A stretch of 64,000 nucleotides of DNA from a virus (Duplodnaviria; Heunggongvirae; Uroviricota; Caudoviricetes): IMG/VR virus record IMGVR_UViG_3300042923_001771, positions 64,001 through 128,000 of that record; one strand, written 5' to 3'. Under the pieces are notes generated by a model. The model did not search any database. It saw nothing but the letters and a program-made list of their open reading frames with translations, and was not told where the DNA came from. This document shows positions 57,265-64,000 of this stretch, piece after piece. The translations under genes were made by a program, and so were the position numbers. Numbering within the stretch: the first letter of the stretch is position 1; every line of letters begins with the position of its first letter.

Positions 57265-57600
57265 ATGGAAATTTTAAATACTACAACAGAACTTACAGGT
57301 ATAGCTTGGTGGATTGGATTTCCAGGAATTTTTGGTTCAATGACTGCTATCTCAATGTTAATTATTTTTCTTAGTAACAAAAAATACAAAAACGCATTGT
57401 TCACATTTATTATTTTGGTATTGTGCATTTTTAGTTTCAAATTTGCGTATGTGCCTTATTACAATTCCCCAAAAGGACATTATGTGTACCACGAAGTTTT
57501 ATTGAAAGATGGAGAAAAAATAGATGAAAGCATATACAAAATTAAAGAACAAAAAGGAAAAATCACAGTTATTCAAGAATTACATCCTAAATCAAAATAA
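57265..57600 (+). CDS. two-TM membrane protein
   Basis: AGGAG RBS; two hydrophobic helices. Confidence 0.6.
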   Translation: MEILNTTTELTGIAWWIGFPGIFGSMTAISMLIIFLSNKKYKNALFTFIILVLCIFSFKFAYVPYYNSPKGHYVYHEVLLKDGEKIDESIYKIKEQKGKITVIQELHPKSK

Positions 57601-57648
57601 TCAATTGAATATTTTTTATAGGGATGGTTAAAAGCCATCTCCTTTTTT

Positions 57649-57674
57649 CATATTATACACAATGTAATTATTAT
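57649..57674 (+). promoter_or_regulatory. 26-bp motif, copy 4
   Basis: CATATTATACAC-AATG-TAATTATTAT. Confidence 0.7.
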
Positions 57675-57707
57675 TTTATCTTCATTATTTATAAGGAGAG
57701 ATGGAAT

Positions 57708-57986
57708 TTGAGAACAGTGACTTACGTTGGTTATGAAACTCGTAATGCTTTTAGCATGGCTAATATGTTTATGCATTGGGGAGCCAAAGGATATAAGGAA
57801 GCATTTCCTATTGAAGATGCAGATATGGACATGCTGTTAACAACTGGCGATGTCGAATTTGAAGACTATTGGGACGATGCTGACGTTAGCAAATGCTATG
57901 AATTGTTGCAAGAAATGCAAAAAGGAGAAACCAAATTGCACACCATTTCTAATGGTCAAGTAGTAACTTTGGTTAAAGAACAATAA
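57708..57986 (+). CDS. hypothetical protein
   Basis: AAGGAG RBS before TTG 57708. Confidence 0.55.
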   Translation: MRTVTYVGYETRNAFSMANMFMHWGAKGYKEAFPIEDADMDMLLTTGDVEFEDYWDDADVSKCYELLQEMQKGETKLHTISNGQVVTLVKEQ

Positions 57987-58717
57987 TGTGGGGAGGACCA
58001 AGTTTTTCATTCTGGGAAATTGTTAAAATCATACTTCTTTTTCCGTTTTTACTTATAAGACATTTCTTTAAAGTTTATAATCCAATAAGTTATACTGAAG
58101 ATAACAAGCTTATAGACAACCTCTACGATTTGTTGGAGGAAGCAGAAAAACTTACTCACTACATGGGTAAAGGACCATCATATCTGGAAAGTTTCAGGCT
58201 TAAAAATGCTATTAGTGAACATCATATTGAATATAAATATGGTAGCACTGAATTTAGTGAACAACATCGTATTGCATTTTTCTTAACACGTGGTAAAAAA
58301 AATTTTACTTTATTTACTGGTGGTAATTCTGGTGGTGGCGGAAGTTACTACAACAAAGAAAATATCAATTATGAAGAACTAGCTGAAAGAGTATACAGTA
58401 ATATAGAACGTTCCAGAGATCGCAAACAAGATATTCGCCAATGGAGTAACAACTTTCATGAGTGGGAAAAATGGAGAGAAGAATCAATTAAAGCTATCAT
58501 TGATAATTACATTTCATCAATTATTCAAGATAAAGAAATGTTTTATTACTTGAGAAGAGCACTTATAATATCAACTCATGAAGAAACTCACGTTCGTTAC
58601 ATTAAGGCAAAGAATGAATTGATTTCAATTTTAAATGATGAAGTTCTTGTAATGAATATGGTGAATGAAATTGACGAAGCATATTCCGGTAAGATAGTTA
58701 TGAATGAAATAATGTGA
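57986..58717 (+). CDS. hypothetical protein with N-terminal TM
   Basis: TAATG coupling to the previous gene; IVKIILLFPFLLI. Confidence 0.55.
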   Translation: MWGGPSFSFWEIVKIILLFPFLLIRHFFKVYNPISYTEDNKLIDNLYDLLEEAEKLTHYMGKGPSYLESFRLKNAISEHHIEYKYGSTEFSEQHRIAFFLTRGKKNFTLFTGGNSGGGGSYYNKENINYEELAERVYSNIERSRDRKQDIRQWSNNFHEWEKWREESIKAIIDNYISSIIQDKEMFYYLRRALIISTHEETHVRYIKAKNELISILNDEVLVMNMVNEIDEAYSGKIVMNEIM

Positions 58718-58726
58718 GGTGATAAT

Positions 58727-59086
58727 ATGCGAGCAAAAAAAGAGCAAATTAAACGTGTTCACATAAGCCCTAGAAAATTCTATGAATATGCTATAGCTAA
58801 CGGTATTGACCCTGGAGAATTGCATTTAGTATTATCAGCTGAAGAGTTGGAACAATTTGAAATTGGACCTAAGAAATTTCCAACTGGATTTTTACCACTT
58901 TATAATCATTATGAGTGTTTTAATTGTGGTAAAAAGACTGGATGGTTAGATAAACATCTTGGTTTATTTATGTGCAGTGAAGAATGTAGGGACGCTATTG
59001 ACATTCGCTATAATGCTGGTGAAGACTTTGAACCACACCCAAAATATGTACAACTTTGTGAAGATCATATGAAAGACTTTGAGTAG
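58727..59086 (+). CDS. Cys-containing hypothetical protein
   Basis: CFNC...CSEEC; GAGGTG RBS. Confidence 0.55.
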   Translation: MRAKKEQIKRVHISPRKFYEYAIANGIDPGELHLVLSAEELEQFEIGPKKFPTGFLPLYNHYECFNCGKKTGWLDKHLGLFMCSEECRDAIDIRYNAGEDFEPHPKYVQLCEDHMKDFE

Positions 59087-59223
59087 GAGAAATCCTACTC
59101 TTTTTTATTTATGGTCTAAATGTGATATAATATGAATATAATTAAATAAGAAGAGGAGGAGATAGGATGTCTTTATCTAAAGCTTCGCAATAGCAAGAAA
59201 ATTATACCTTCGGAGGGATTATT

Positions 59224-59964
59224 GTGATAATTGAAGGATTAGAAAACAGAAAAACTCAACCAGATATTTCGTTTACTACAGTTAAAATTAAGGTAGGCGA
59301 CTTAGTACAATTGATTAAGAAGGAGAAAACTATTGAAGTTTATTACAATAATCAATACCACCTTGGCACTGTTCCCAGCAAATACACATCGGAAATTAAT
59401 ATTAAACTTTATCATAATGCAGTCATCAAGATGATGAATCCTAAAGCTGTCACAGTTGATTTTACCTTGGAGTGTATAACGGATTTTGATGTAGAAATTC
59501 GTAATGCATTAGCTGATTTGGAAGAGTTAGAAGCAATTAACTCAAGTGAATTTGAAAAACTAGCACTCTTATTTCGCGACAAAAAGATATATTACTTGAA
59601 CTACCCTCAGAATAGAAATATGGAAAATAAACTTTATGGCACTAATGAACATCACAATCGAAATTATTTGAGAAATAAGATAAAAATTGAATTGGAAAGT
59701 GGAAACATATCTGATCGTACAATATATGAAACGTTCAACAAGATGAATGAAAAAAGTGCTCTCGAACCACGCTTAGAAAAACGGATCAAGGAACTAGATA
59801 ATACTTATGGAATCAATATTCCATTAAATAGTTTTCCTAATATACGAACAACGGTTTGCTGGAAATGTGGCTTATCACTTACCTCCTACACTCATAAAGA
59901 GTGCAATTCTTGCAGATGGTTAGTGTGTAAGTGCGGAGCATGTAAACAAGGCTGTAGTTTATAA
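59224..59964 (+). CDS. hypothetical protein with a C-terminal multi-Cys zinc cluster
   Basis: CWKC...CNSC...CKCGACKQGC; GGAGGG RBS. Confidence 0.6.
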   Translation: MIIEGLENRKTQPDISFTTVKIKVGDLVQLIKKEKTIEVYYNNQYHLGTVPSKYTSEINIKLYHNAVIKMMNPKAVTVDFTLECITDFDVEIRNALADLEELEAINSSEFEKLALLFRDKKIYYLNYPQNRNMENKLYGTNEHHNRNYLRNKIKIELESGNISDRTIYETFNKMNEKSALEPRLEKRIKELDNTYGINIPLNSFPNIRTTVCWKCGLSLTSYTHKECNSCRWLVCKCGACKQGCSL

Positions 59965-60000
59965 AGCGCTTGATTGTGGTTATAAATTTAATGAGGTGGT

Positions 60001-60483
60001 ATGATGTCTATAGATATTGAGCTTGAAATTGCTGAAATGCTTCGCAATGGTAAGAAAATATTGGTTGTAGGTTCAATTAGTATGGGAAAAACTTATCTTA
60101 CAAATGAAATATTAAAACATTTTGATACTGATGATGTGATAAAGTATTATGCAGAAAGCAAAGATAGTCAATCATACACTACTCCACTTAGAGTGCTAAA
60201 TGATAATGTTTTTATTGATATGTTGTATAAAGCGCTAGTTTTTGATTGCGGTTATGGTTTTAATGAAGTGGCTTTTACACAAAATAGGAAATTTGAAAAA
60301 GTAAGAAATTGCTTATGCGGGGTATTGATTACAGCAACATCGGGAACTGGAGGATTAGTAGATCAAAAAGGGTTTGAAGAAATTAGAAACAGTATACCTA
60401 CAATTGAATTCATGTTTGATGTTGTTATAGAGATTCTGCCCAATTATGAATATAAATTGCATCAATATGAAAGAGTAGGTTAA
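60001..60483 (+). CDS. small P-loop protein
   Basis: ILVVGSISMGKT Walker A; GAGGTGG RBS. Confidence 0.55.
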   Translation: MMSIDIELEIAEMLRNGKKILVVGSISMGKTYLTNEILKHFDTDDVIKYYAESKDSQSYTTPLRVLNDNVFIDMLYKALVFDCGYGFNEVAFTQNRKFEKVRNCLCGVLITATSGTGGLVDQKGFEEIRNSIPTIEFMFDVVIEILPNYEYKLHQYERVG

Positions 60484-60504
60484 AACCTACTTTTTTTATT
60501 TTTG

Positions 60505-60533
60505 TTTACATAATGAAGAATATATGATATAAT
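60505..60533 (+). promoter_or_regulatory. sigmaA-type promoter with extended -10
   Basis: TTTACA, 17-bp spacer, TG-A-TATAAT. Confidence 0.75.
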
Positions 60534-60610
60534 ATTATTATAAAAAGAATGATTCCGAGATGATTCTAGTGATTCTCAGTATACATAATTAGGAAACGGA
60601 GAAAAATATT

Positions 60611-60970
60611 ATGTTGATGTCAAAAAGGGAACAAAGAGAAAGAGAGATAAAAAATAAAAAAGAAAAAGCCAACTATGATATAATGTATGATGCTCTTACT
60701 GAATTACTTCTTATTGATATTTTGACAGGTGACGATCAATATAAACTTGAAAAAGAAGGTTTGAACAAATTATACATAAGATTTGGCAATGAATTTCAAC
60801 CACGTTGTGTGCTTGTAGCGGAAGAGTACGAATTTAAGTTTTTAGGAATTAATAACCACGTAAATAAAAACATGCACGAAAAATACAAGTTACATCAAAA
60901 TTGGTACTTTTTTAGAGATGTAGAAGGCTTAATGGATATGTTTAAAAGATGTGTTATGGGATTTAAATAA
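60611..60970 (+). CDS. hypothetical protein
   Basis: ORF downstream of the sigmaA-type promoter. Confidence 0.55.
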   Translation: MLMSKREQREREIKNKKEKANYDIMYDALTELLLIDILTGDDQYKLEKEGLNKLYIRFGNEFQPRCVLVAEEYEFKFLGINNHVNKNMHEKYKLHQNWYFFRDVEGLMDMFKRCVMGFK

Positions 60971-61110
60971 GTATGTTGTTTTTAATATAATTTACATATA
61001 CTAAAAAAGGATGGTGTTTCCAGGTGGAACAAAGTATTATTAGCGAAAAGATGGGTTCTGGTTTTTCTTAGATTGATAAGCATTTCCCCGGCATCGAGGA
61101 GAATTTATTT

Positions 61111-61476
61111 TTGCATTTAGATGCTTTAGCTGTGATGTCAGAATTTGATGAACAAATGAGTTTTGAGGCGGACGCTATTGGTGCTAATATTAGATTTCAG
61201 CCAATTTCAGGGTTTTCCGTTTACATTAAATTTAATATTTATCAAAAAAGACTTGAACTTGATTTTGGTAGATGGCAAAACAAATTCAACGTCTCAGAAA
61301 TAATCGAATTTATTGAAAAGCGAAATGGATTAATGATGGCGAGAGATACTTCTTCTCATAATTCACTTTACAGTCTTAAGTACTCAGAAAGAAATTGTCA
61401 AAGATTAATCAAAATTCTTAACTCTTTATTTACTGAGTATTTTGCTGAAAAAAGGAGAGAATTAAGTGCAATTTAA
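61111..61476 (+). CDS. hypothetical protein
   Basis: GAGGAG 9 nt before TTG. Confidence 0.45.
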   Translation: MHLDALAVMSEFDEQMSFEADAIGANIRFQPISGFSVYIKFNIYQKRLELDFGRWQNKFNVSEIIEFIEKRNGLMMARDTSSHNSLYSLKYSERNCQRLIKILNSLFTEYFAEKRRELSAI

Positions 61477-61672
61477 AGCTAGTGATACTATTGAATTTAA
61501 ACGTGGTGATATGAAGCAACGCGGTAATGTTATAAGGATCGAAAATGACAAAGCTATAGTTAATTTATTTGCAGCGTGCGTTCCACCTGGAAAATGGTAT
61601 TATATGGGAGTATCAAATGAGACTCCAATTTTATTAAAAGACATTGAAGAATGTATTGTAATTGAAAGTTAA
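61466..61672 (+). CDS. small SH3-like hypothetical protein
   Basis: AAGGAG RBS, GTG start; FKASDTIEF...GNVIRIE pattern. Confidence 0.45.
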   Translation: MQFKASDTIEFKRGDMKQRGNVIRIENDKAIVNLFAACVPPGKWYYMGVSNETPILLKDIEECIVIES

Positions 61673-61758
61673 AATAGTTAACATTTTAGGAGAGTGGGTT
61701 AAAACCACTCTTTTTTTTGTTTATAATTATAAATTAAAGTTGAAAGGGGAATTTTTTA

Positions 61759-62166
61759 ATGGGTCAAGTAGTAAAATATCAATGTATACAGTGCGAGGTT
61801 GTACATGAGGGAACAGAGACAAAGGTTCCTACTTGTATTTTTTGCAATACTTCTGAACGTATGAAAGCGCTAGAAGAACAAAAAATGTATCAGATAGTTA
61901 TTGATTATGGACATGATTCCTCTGATGTTTTTATTGCTAATGAAGCTGCTAAAAGAAAGATACAAGTAGCTTTTAAATTGGGTGAAAAGATAACTTTGGA
62001 ATTTTGGAAAGAAGAGTTAGATATCAATATGGAGTTTGTTCAAAATATTAAGTATGAACTTTTATCACCAAAGAAAATATCTAGTTTTGAAAGTACGATG
62101 ATTAAGAATCTCAATAAATATGATGTTGCCTTTAATAAGCGTAGGGTGACAGAGGATTGGGTTTAA
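61759..62166 (+). CDS. zinc-ribbon-containing hypothetical protein
   Basis: CIQC...CIFC; AAGGGG RBS. Confidence 0.55.
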   Translation: MGQVVKYQCIQCEVVHEGTETKVPTCIFCNTSERMKALEEQKMYQIVIDYGHDSSDVFIANEAAKRKIQVAFKLGEKITLEFWKEELDINMEFVQNIKYELLSPKKISSFESTMIKNLNKYDVAFNKRRVTEDWV

Positions 62167-62217
62167 TTTGATTTGAATATAAAGTTTGGAGACTGATTAA
62201 AACTCAGTCTCTTTTTT

Positions 62218-62243
62218 CATATTATACATTAAATAATTATTAT
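62218..62243 (+). promoter_or_regulatory. 26-bp motif, copy 5
   Basis: CATATTATACAT-TAAA-TAATTATTAT. Confidence 0.7.
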
Positions 62244-62260
62244 TTAAGGTGGGATATGAG

Positions 62261-62650
62261 ATGGCAAAAGCTAAAAAATTGACTGTAAAAGAAAAAATGA
62301 TTGACTTAATTGAACATATGTTAGTTAATGGTTGGAAGCCTAATCACGAATGGTTGGGAAGTTTAAAGGGCACAGATGTAGATTTTGAAGAACTAATTTT
62401 TGGTAAAACTGGAGATTATAGCGCTCACCTTATTACTGAAGACGGTAAATTTACAGCAAAGTTTACCAACAAACGTCTTCAAATTTTTAGAAAAGATCCT
62501 AAGTGGCAAAAACTTGGTAATTTCCCTGTTGGTAAAGTTGAAAAAATTGAAAATGGTATTATCTACAGAAAAATAAGCGGCATTGCTATTCAAAGTACAG
62601 AGATTATTGTGGTAGGTGAACATAGTGGAAGCAAGGAAGGGTTCGTTTAG
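62261..62650 (+). CDS. hypothetical protein
   Basis: AGGTGGG RBS. Confidence 0.55.
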   Translation: MAKAKKLTVKEKMIDLIEHMLVNGWKPNHEWLGSLKGTDVDFEELIFGKTGDYSAHLITEDGKFTAKFTNKRLQIFRKDPKWQKLGNFPVGKVEKIENGIIYRKISGIAIQSTEIIVVGEHSGSKEGFV

Positions 62651-62852
62651 AGTTTTAGGTAGTTGTAATTTTTGTAATAGAGGAAAGTTATCTGCTTGCG
62701 GGTATGATCTCATTTATCCATATACAGAAGTTTATCAAATTGAAGGCGATAGAATGAGTGTTAGAATGTGCGAAGATTGTTTAGAAACAATTAAAGATAT
62801 GGATGCTTTAGTTGATGCAACAAAAGTGATGAGAGAGTTGGTTAGATCATGA
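62616..62852 (+). CDS. small Cys-containing protein
   Basis: CNFC...CEDC; AGGTGA RBS. Confidence 0.5.
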   Translation: MNIVEARKGSFRVLGSCNFCNRGKLSACGYDLIYPYTEVYQIEGDRMSVRMCEDCLETIKDMDALVDATKVMRELVRS

Positions 62853-63073
62853 AAATGAGAGATATTGGTATTAACATTGAAGTTAAGGATGAAGAACCTA
62901 TTTTTATAGTTAAAGAGATTGTCGACAACGAACTTAGAATTAGATTTATTCATAATTTTGAAGAAGCTGTTGAGTATAGCGATAGATTAATTAAGCTAAC
63001 ACCAGATATGAAATTAACTGTAATATTTAAAGGAAAATTTCCTGATGACTTTATAGAAGGAGAAATAGTATGA
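62849..63073 (+). CDS. hypothetical protein
   Basis: ATGA overlaps with both neighbours. Confidence 0.5.
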   Translation: MKMRDIGINIEVKDEEPIFIVKEIVDNELRIRFIHNFEEAVEYSDRLIKLTPDMKLTVIFKGKFPDDFIEGEIV

Positions 63074-63786
63074 TACGATATGTACACGGTTCAGAGGATT
63101 CTCTTGACTTAGATGTTTTCTACGTATTTGAAAGTATGCCGACATTTGTAGAGTGTCAAAAGTTTTGTTCAGATAAAGAGGAGAATAGAAATATTATTGT
63201 AGTGAAGGAAGGTATTGTTTCACAATGTTTTAAGGGAACAATTGATGAAATCAATAATGGGTTACTTCACACATACCCACTTCATGAACAACAATGTGAA
63301 AATATTGTAACTAAAACAGTTGAACGAGATGTTCTCATTAAAATTGTTAGGGTCATGCGTTGTTTGTTGTCTCATTGTTCTAGGACTCAATATCGTCTTG
63401 ATGTAAAGAAAGTTTTGAAAAGTTCAAGTTGGAAAGACAGACTAAGTATGCTCGACAAAATTGACTTTACCTCAATAGACGATTATGGCAAGTCTGGTTC
63501 AAAAGAAGATGTATTGAAAGTATTTGCTTTTCAATTAGGTCAGGTGTTTGGCCTGATAGATGACAATAATGAATATTATACTAAAAGTTCTATTGCAAAG
63601 CAATACCCTTTGCTTCATAAATATCTGTATCGTCAACAAGATTCAGATATTTCTGATTTAGCTAATGAAATAGATATATTCTATCATTTAGCTGCTTCAC
63701 TTAATATAACTGAAAAAGATGGAATAGTTACTTTTGTTGATTACGATAAGAGCTTTGATTTAGTGAAAGAGCAATATGCAAAATAA
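63070..63786 (+). CDS. putative pol-beta-superfamily nucleotidyltransferase
   Basis: N-terminal VHGSEDSLDLDV fits the hG[SG]-x(n)-DxD signature. Confidence 0.45.
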   Translation: MIRYVHGSEDSLDLDVFYVFESMPTFVECQKFCSDKEENRNIIVVKEGIVSQCFKGTIDEINNGLLHTYPLHEQQCENIVTKTVERDVLIKIVRVMRCLLSHCSRTQYRLDVKKVLKSSSWKDRLSMLDKIDFTSIDDYGKSGSKEDVLKVFAFQLGQVFGLIDDNNEYYTKSSIAKQYPLLHKYLYRQQDSDISDLANEIDIFYHLAASLNITEKDGIVTFVDYDKSFDLVKEQYAK

Positions 63787-63796
63787 AAAGAGAGCC

Positions 63797-64000
63797 TTAA
63801 TTGGCTCTCTTTTTTAGTCTTGTTGTTTTTATTTTTGCTGTAGACTGTTCTTGATTTAAATTTGGATTAACTGTTTTATTTATTTGCGTATAGAATTCTT
63901 TACATTGTTCATATGCAATACTTAAGCTTTGCCATGAACCAGTGCTAATATATTTTTTAAAGTAATATTCAATATCCTCAAGAATTTCACGATCATACAT
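63797..64000 (-). CDS. hypothetical protein, possibly truncated by the window edge
   Basis: Open frame on the minus strand ending in a bidirectional terminator at about 63786-63815. Confidence 0.4.
   Translation of the reverse strand: MYDREILEDIEYYFKKYISTGSWQSLSIAYEQCKEFYTQINKTVNPNLNQEQSTAKIKTTRLKKRAN

Noticed and set aside
59167-59193. Eight-codon ORF MSLSKASQ with a strong RBS as a regulatory leader peptide
   Set aside because: No attenuator structure or diagnostic codons; could equally be a truncated gene start.
60550-60580. Three TGATTC direct repeats downstream of a sigmaA promoter as an operator
   Set aside because: Short, unevenly spaced (11 and 9 bp) and not found at the other promoters.
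61024-61110. In-frame TAG at 61069 upstream of the 61111 ORF, suggesting stop-codon recoding
   Set aside because: TAG terminates well-bounded genes elsewhere (34674, 56848, 59084; the last is followed by a terminator). No other gene needs read-through and an alternative RBS precedes 61111. A private nonsense mutation is simpler.
46632-62243. Repeated terminator and 26-bp motif units as a CRISPR-like or iteron array
   Set aside because: Copies are kilobases apart and separated by genes. No regularly spaced repeat-spacer array and no cas gene was seen anywhere in the window.
1-64000. tRNA or rRNA genes
   Set aside because: No cloverleaf with a T-loop GTTCRA and matching acceptor stem was recognised by eye. 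The GGTTCAA at 44253 belongs to the intron core. tRNAscan-SE/ARAGORN would be decisive.

Overview
This AT-rich window (roughly 30% GC by eye), almost entirely + strand, looks like part of a large contractile-tailed phage or phage-plasmid infecting a spore-forming Bacillota host. The host call rests on strong AGGAGG/GAGGTG ribosome-binding sites, sigmaA-type TTTACA-N17-TGnTATAAT promoters and a SigF/SigG-like sigma gene. Five blocks are visible. (1) 38-6848: a compact type IV secretion/conjugation-like module (VirB2-like pilin, two unannotated 49-aa membrane peptides, VirB6-like, PrgI/VirB3-like, a minimised VirB4, a VirD4/TraD-like ATPase), with no relaxase inside the window. (2) 6977-7750: the sporulation-type sigma factor. 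(3) 8.6-21.7 kb: probable head/neck genes interleaved with PhoH, HNH, an Rnl2-type RNA ligase and RNase H. (4) 21.8-44.4 kb: a myovirus tail operon (sheath, two tube paralogues, a -1 frameshifted chaperone, a 2231-aa tape measure with SLT and NlpC/P60 domains, LysM hub, spike, wedge, baseplate J). It ends in a gene split by an ORF-less 303-nt group I intron whose splice sites can be placed exactly (44080-44382). (5) 44.6-64 kb: terminator/promoter-bounded cassettes of small genes, including a GNAT, a DUF262 protein, a GH26 hydrolase chimera, a divergent CCA-type nucleotidyltransferase, a frameshifted NAGPA-family gene and Pth2. The most unusual signals are the T4SS-like module beside a virion operon, the intron, a shared N-terminal M-[KR]-R-L-I-[KR]-x-[AS]-like leader on unrelated proteins (a candidate capsid-loading signal), and a 26-bp promoter-like motif in five copies. 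I could not recognise major capsid, portal, terminase or replication genes in this window. All family calls come from motif recognition by eye; no database search was run.
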